Below, piece by piece: positions 50,551 to 55,066 of a stretch of 55,066 nt of DNA (its first letter is position 1; every line of letters starts with the position of its first letter). A model generated the notes under the pieces. The model did not search any database. It was not told where the DNA came from and saw only the letters and a list, made by a program, of their open reading frames with translations. The translations under genes were made by a program, and so were the position numbers. Source of the stretch: a virus. The stretch is from the IMG/VR virus record IMGVR_UViG_3300014790_000001; one strand, written 5' to 3'.

Positions 50551-51136
50551 AAAAGAATTGTTAGAAGCAACTTTTGAAGAGGAAAACCAGAAAGACAAAG
50601 TAATGCTGAAAGATATTCCGGTTGGAGGGAAGTTTGACACAGGCATTGGAAGATTTATTGTCTTGGATCAGAAAGGAGATTGCACAGCGGTTATCACAGA
50701 GGGATTATACCATAACCAAGAAGAATTTGATGGTTATAGTGCGAATTATTCATTATCAAAACTAAGAAAGCATTTTTATAAAGGAATTTATCCGGCATTC
50801 TTAGAAGAATTTGGTGACGAGAATCTTTGCTATACACCAGCAAGTCTTATATCGGTTGATATGCAGAAAAAATACGGCTCTATAGATGACAAGGTCAGAC
50901 CACTGACATTTGAGGAAGCAAGGAAATATAATGACCTGTTGATAAATAAATGGCTGACAAATTGCTACTGGACATGCACACCTTGGAGTACAAAAGAGAG
51001 AGGATGTGGGAGCTTAGTAGCGATTGTCACACCGTCCGGTCGCATTGACTACACACGATGCGACTATGGTAAAGGGGCTCGCCCATTCTGCATCCTAAAA
51101 TCTAACATCTTTGCATCTAAAATTGAGGAGGAATAA
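50543..51136 (+). CDS. hypothetical protein
   Basis: 197-codon ORF overlapping the upstream stop. Confidence 0.65.
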   Translation: MNKKELLEATFEEENQKDKVMLKDIPVGGKFDTGIGRFIVLDQKGDCTAVITEGLYHNQEEFDGYSANYSLSKLRKHFYKGIYPAFLEEFGDENLCYTPASLISVDMQKKYGSIDDKVRPLTFEEARKYNDLLINKWLTNCYWTCTPWSTKERGCGSLVAIVTPSGRIDYTRCDYGKGARPFCILKSNIFASKIEEE

Positions 51137-51139
51137 ACA

Positions 51140-52224
51140 GTGAATAGAAAAGAAGTATTGGAAATCAGAAAGCAGTTCTCACCAGAGAATTGTGCGATCA
51201 CCCGTATAGCCGGATGCTATGTAGATGGAGAAAAAGAAAAGCGCATGGAAAGAGAAGAAGCGTTTCTTTCACTGCCGGAAGAACAGGCATTTAAGTATTT
51301 TGACATCTTTAAAAAGACCTTATCCGGGAAAATCGGAAAGAACCTGTTGAACCTGGAATACAAGCTGAAAGAAAGTAGAAGCAGTGACCCAGAGGGCGAA
51401 GAACATGAATTGTTGATGAATTCTACGAAAAGATTCTTACATCTTATGACTGCGCTGAGAATTACTACATCATACTTATCCACGCAGTATATGACGTACC
51501 GGGAAAGACATCGGACGGAGAAGTGTTGGAAGATGCATCTGAGGAAGTATACGATTTCATTCTTTGTTGCATCTGCCCGGTGAAACTTTCAAAAGCCGGT
51601 CTTACTTACAACGGGAAAGATGAACGGATGGAAGAGAGAACCCGTGATTGGGTAGTAGGTATGCCGGACAAAGGATTTCTATTCCCGGCATTTAACGACC
51701 GGAAGACGGATGTACATAGCGTACTTTATTACACCCGGAAGTCTGCCGAGGTACAAGAAGAAATGGTCCGAGAGGTACTTGGAATTGATTTGGTTGTATC
51801 TGCCGATGGAGAGAAAGATAAATTCGGTAAGTTGTTAAAGGATGTACTTGGAGAAGATGCAGACAGCAAGACCGTGAAAGACATCTTTGAGGGCATATCC
51901 GAAGAGATGGAACGCCATGCAGAAGACCCGGAGCCATACAAAATGTGTGAAAACGAACTGAAAAAGATATTCTGTAACAGCGGTGTACCGGATGAAAAGA
52001 TGGAAATGTTTGAGGATGCTTACTGGGAGAACATCGGGAATGTACCTGTTATGGCAAGTAACATTTGCGACAACAAGGTGGTTAATATCCAGGTTTCAGA
52101 GGGGAAGATAACTATCAATGCAGATTTCATCAGTAATCTTGAAATCAAGGAAGTTGACGGAAGAAAATGCATGGTACTGCCAGTGGATTATGTAAAAGTT
52201 AACGGAATTTCAACGAAAGCGTAG
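51140..52224 (+). pseudogene. DUF4317-family protein split by a -1 frame change near 51416-51420
   Basis: Frame 1 reads ...EEHELLM and then junk. The -1 frame reads EFYEKILTSYDCAENYYIILIHAVYDVPGKTSDGE...EEVYDFILCCICPVK...GFLFPAFNDR...LYY. Confidence 0.6.
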
Positions 52225-52233
52225 GTGAGGAAG

Positions 52234-52815
52234 ATGAAATATAAGGTTGGAGACAAGGTAAGAGTAAAAGAAAACTTACCTTTGTATATGAAAGCTCACT
52301 GCGTATCTACTTTTAGTCCAGAAACATTGGAGTATAACGGAATGATAGTTACGGTTAGTGAAGTGAAAAAAGATCAATACAAAATTGATGAGGATAACGG
52401 CTTTTACGATTGGTATGAAGATATGCTTGAACCAGTAGAAGAAATGAGTGCGGAAGAAGCATTGAAAACGTATACGGAATTTTGTAGTGAGCATAGTTGC
52501 AATGACTGCCCTATTCAAAAACTCGATACTACTTATTATTGTCCTGATATTAGAAAAGAATATCCAGAAGACGTTGTTAAAGTACTTAAGCAGTGGAAAG
52601 CCGACCATGAGAAAAAGCCGATTGAGACAAAATGGGTATGGTATGTGAAAATCATTGAAGCTGATACGCATTTGCTGAAACACGAAGAGCTTTTAGAACT
52701 TGATTTCAGTATCCCGATGGATCGGAAAAAAGAAGAAATTCTCAAGAAATACTGTGCTGAACACGATGGAAAATATTATGTAACCGATGAACGTAGATGC
52801 GTAGTAAAGGAGTAG
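52234..52815 (+). CDS. hypothetical protein
   Basis: GGTGAGGAAG before ATG 52234. Confidence 0.65.
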   Translation: MKYKVGDKVRVKENLPLYMKAHCVSTFSPETLEYNGMIVTVSEVKKDQYKIDEDNGFYDWYEDMLEPVEEMSAEEALKTYTEFCSEHSCNDCPIQKLDTTYYCPDIRKEYPEDVVKVLKQWKADHEKKPIETKWVWYVKIIEADTHLLKHEELLELDFSIPMDRKKEEILKKYCAEHDGKYYVTDERRCVVKE

Positions 52816-52817
52816 CC

Positions 52818-53006
52818 ATGAACACAGGAGAAAAGATAGATTACATGATTCAGTGTTTACAGGTAGCAAAAGGAGAATATGAATACGAAGCTGAACGTTA
52901 TGCACATGAATGTGCTGAGGATTACGAATGGCTTAATAAGCACCATATTACCAACAAAGCACTGATAAGAGAAAATCTAAGGAATGTGGCAAGGATGGGA
53001 TTTTAG
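52818..53006 (+). CDS. hypothetical mini-protein
   Basis: AAGGAG before ATG 52818. Confidence 0.55.
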   Translation: MNTGEKIDYMIQCLQVAKGEYEYEAERYAHECAEDYEWLNKHHITNKALIRENLRNVARMGF

Positions 53007-53023
53007 GTAGCAAACGAGGTGAA

Positions 53024-53431
53024 ATGATGGATGGACTAATTGCAAAAAAGAGATGGTTAAATCTTATCCTTAGTGGGAAGAAAACTATTGAAATAAGAGG
53101 TAGTAATACCAAGAAAATAGGACAGCCGATCTATTTACTGGAAAGTGGGACAAACCTTGTAAAAGGCACATGTATTATAGACTCTACATATCCAATATCC
53201 TGTTCTGATTGGTCTGAGGAAAGAGAAAAACACTGTGTTGACATATCTTATTCAGAGTTGAAGAAAAGGTATAAAAGACCTCATGCGTGGGTACTGAGAA
53301 ATGTGAAACTGACGGAAGAAGAATGGAAGTACGAACATCCAAAGGGTGCGATTATATGGGTAAAAGATGTAATGCCGGCATATGAACTGCAAACTGGATA
53401 TATAGACGTAATTCTTAGAAACAATATGTAA
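53024..53431 (+). CDS. ASCH-domain protein
   Basis: IAKKRWLNLILSGKKTIEIRGSN...IYLLESG...VKGTCII fits the ASCH N-terminal beta-barrel motif. Confidence 0.6.
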   Translation: MMDGLIAKKRWLNLILSGKKTIEIRGSNTKKIGQPIYLLESGTNLVKGTCIIDSTYPISCSDWSEEREKHCVDISYSELKKRYKRPHAWVLRNVKLTEEEWKYEHPKGAIIWVKDVMPAYELQTGYIDVILRNNM

Positions 53432-53492
53432 TTTACAGAAAGGAGTACGGAGCTCCGGCCGGGCAAAGATATATCGGCTCCTTTCGAGAAGA

Positions 53493-53762
53493 ATGAAAAA
53501 AGAAGAATTCATAAAACTTGCACCGAAATGCGGATATGGCAGTGAAGACCGGGCAAGAGATTATACAGAGCGAAATCCTAAAATGCATTATAGCGTGGAT
53601 GATTTTATAAAACTCTACCATGAACCAATAGATTCTATGCACTGGAACGGCATACGTGCTACGAAAGGATTGTATGAAATGTACGGGATTAACGGAAGAA
53701 CTACGGCTAAGAGGAATGGAGTAGCTGGAAATGACAGTACGAGACAGGATTGGGGGATGTGA
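53493..53762 (+). CDS. hypothetical protein
   Basis: 89-codon ORF. Confidence 0.6.
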   Translation: MKKEEFIKLAPKCGYGSEDRARDYTERNPKMHYSVDDFIKLYHEPIDSMHWNGIRATKGLYEMYGINGRTTAKRNGVAGNDSTRQDWGM

Positions 53763-53764
53763 GA

Positions 53765-54871
53765 GTGAAATTTATAGACTGGTTCGCCGGAATAGGTGGT
53801 TTCCGAAGAGGAATGGAACTTGCCGGACATGAATGCGTTGGTTTTTGCGAATTTGATAAATTTGCTACAGCGAGTTATATTTCCATGCATCTTCTGACGG
53901 ACGAACAAAGAAAGAGGCTGGATGAATTACCACAGAAGAAAAGACAGAAGGAGATTTTAAACGATGAATACAGAAATGGAGAATGGTACGCAAATGACGT
54001 TAGAAGAGTGTGTGCCGATGATATTCCAAAAGCAGACTGTTGGTGTTTCGGATTCCCATGCCAAGACATCTCAGTCGCAGGAAAGCAACTTGGATTTCAA
54101 GGAAACCGTTCGAGCTTGTTTTTCAGAGTTATGTACCTTATCGGACAGCTCAAAGAAGAAGATAAACCCACTTACCTTTTCATTGAGAACGTTAAGAATT
54201 TGCTTAGTGTTAATGGAGGATGGGATTTCGCCAGATTGCTCATTGAAATGGAGCAGGGGGGGTATGATGCAGAATGGCAGGTGCTCAACTCCAAAGATTT
54301 CGGAGTGCCACAAAACAGAGAAAGGTGCTTCATTATCGGACATCTTAGAAGCAGAGGTTCCACAGAAGTATTTCCTGCCGAAAGAGCAGACAGAGAAGAT
54401 AGTATTCAAATAATAGGTCACAGAGACGGTTACAGGAGAAATACACAAGTATTCTCACAGGAAGGAATCACAGAAGCATTAGACACAGCGGCCGGAGGAG
54501 GAAGAGGACATCACGTAGCAATGCCGTGTTTTATAGATTTGAGCTATCAAAAATCAGAGCTAACTAATAAGGCAAGAGGAAGAGTTGGGCGTGATGTTGC
54601 GAATACCTTAGACACCAGTTGCAATCAAGGGATTTTCGTGCAGGTATCCGAAGAATTGACCGTATATGCTGTATGGTATGAAAAATACCAATGCTACATA
54701 GCAATCAGGCGACTGACTCCGAAAGAGTGTTTTAGACTTCAAGGATGGACAGATGATTACTTTGAAAAAGCAGCATTTGTAAATTCTGACAGCCAGTTGT
54801 ATAAGCAAGCCGGAAATGGAGTAACTGTAAATGTGATCGAAGCAATTGCAGAAAAAATAAGATTTGCGTAG
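53765..54871 (+). CDS. dcm: DNA (cytosine-5)-methyltransferase, orphan
   Basis: Motif I FAGIGG, motif IV GFPCQDIS, ENV (FIENVKNL), QNRER and C-terminal GNGVTVNV. Start ambiguous (TTG 53750, GTG 53759 or GTG 53765). Confidence 0.9.
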   Translation: MKFIDWFAGIGGFRRGMELAGHECVGFCEFDKFATASYISMHLLTDEQRKRLDELPQKKRQKEILNDEYRNGEWYANDVRRVCADDIPKADCWCFGFPCQDISVAGKQLGFQGNRSSLFFRVMYLIGQLKEEDKPTYLFIENVKNLLSVNGGWDFARLLIEMEQGGYDAEWQVLNSKDFGVPQNRERCFIIGHLRSRGSTEVFPAERADREDSIQIIGHRDGYRRNTQVFSQEGITEALDTAAGGGRGHHVAMPCFIDLSYQKSELTNKARGRVGRDVANTLDTSCNQGIFVQVSEELTVYAVWYEKYQCYIAIRRLTPKECFRLQGWTDDYFEKAAFVNSDSQLYKQAGNGVTVNVIEAIAEKIRFA

Positions 54872-54884
54872 AAAGGTAAAAAAT

Positions 54885-55066
54885 ATGGCTAAAAGACCAG
54901 ATGTAGCAGTGAATAAAATTGAATTCGATTCAAGCGAGGTAGATATGGCACTTAGAAAACAAATTCCAGAAAAACCGATATTTCTACATAACAGGAGCGA
55001 TACTTGTTCACTGTGGGAATGCCCGCAGTGCAAAAGAAGATTTACAACAACACATAAACCGGGAGT
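54885..55066 (+). CDS. 5' part of the junction-spanning zinc-ribbon mini-protein (continues at 79-157 of the circle)
   Basis: GAAAGG before the ATG. The ORF runs off the window end inside the terminal repeat. Confidence 0.6.
   Translation, partial: MAKRPDVAVNKIEFDSSEVDMALRKQIPEKPIFLHNRSDTCSLWECPQCKRRFTTTHKPG
54989..55066. repeat. Terminal direct repeat, copy 2
   Basis: Identical to 1-78. Confidence 0.95.

Noticed and set aside
1-55066. Genome-wide stop-codon reassignment (as in recoded gut phages)
   Set aside because: TAA, TAG and TGA each terminate several well-supported genes (for example TAG for terL and portal, TAA for capsid and integrase, TGA for 2475-2777). Large structural ORFs contain no in-frame stops. 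Only two isolated in-frame TAA events exist.

Overview
The window is a complete, circularly assembled genome of a temperate tailed phage. Bases 1-78 are identical to 54989-55066, so the unique length is 54,988 bp. I infer a Gram-positive, probably clostridial host from GGAGG-type ribosome-binding sites, a GH25 endolysin, XRE/LexA-like immunity genes and spore-coat/exosporium-like cargo.

Gene order:
- Small early and accessory genes, many of them CxxC zinc-ribbon mini-proteins (0.1-5.7 kb).
- A large serine recombinase, isolated between a terminator and a strong promoter (5.8-7.1 kb).
- terS, terL and portal (9.2-12.3 kb).
- A 3.4-kb fibre / CBM / holin-like insertion that contains a (GTCA)8 microsatellite.
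- A MuF head-morphogenesis gene (15.7-17.0 kb).
- A 7.5-kb accessory block. It holds a DUF2829/Tad2-like gene, an HExxH mini-protein, and a terminator-bounded operon of composition-biased proteins. The Cys-rich gene of that operon is split by a group I intron carrying a GIY-YIG homing endonuclease. A BclA-CTD-like plus ferritin-like operon follows.
- About 550 nt of ORF-free, structured DNA with a tRNA-like element.
- Scaffold, capsid, connector and a siphovirus-type tail with a 918-aa tape measure (24.4-37.5 kb).
- The endolysin (37.7-38.7 kb).
- A lysogeny/moron module on mixed strands (38.8-43.6 kb).
- An HNH endonuclease, an iteron-type origin, and an ERF/RusA/DnaD-like replication-recombination module.
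- Several interrupted accessory ORFs, then an ASCH protein and an orphan C5-cytosine methyltransferase.

The signals most worth follow-up:
- The intron-split gene.
- A twice-repeated two-hairpin intergenic RNA motif with compensatory substitutions, upstream of the major tail and tape-measure genes.
- The (GTCA)8 tract.
- The tRNA-like element with an uninterpretable anticodon arm.
- The iteron array.
- Four ORFs broken by an in-frame TAA or a frameshift.

All domain calls are by-eye motif recognition on the translated ORFs. No searches were run.
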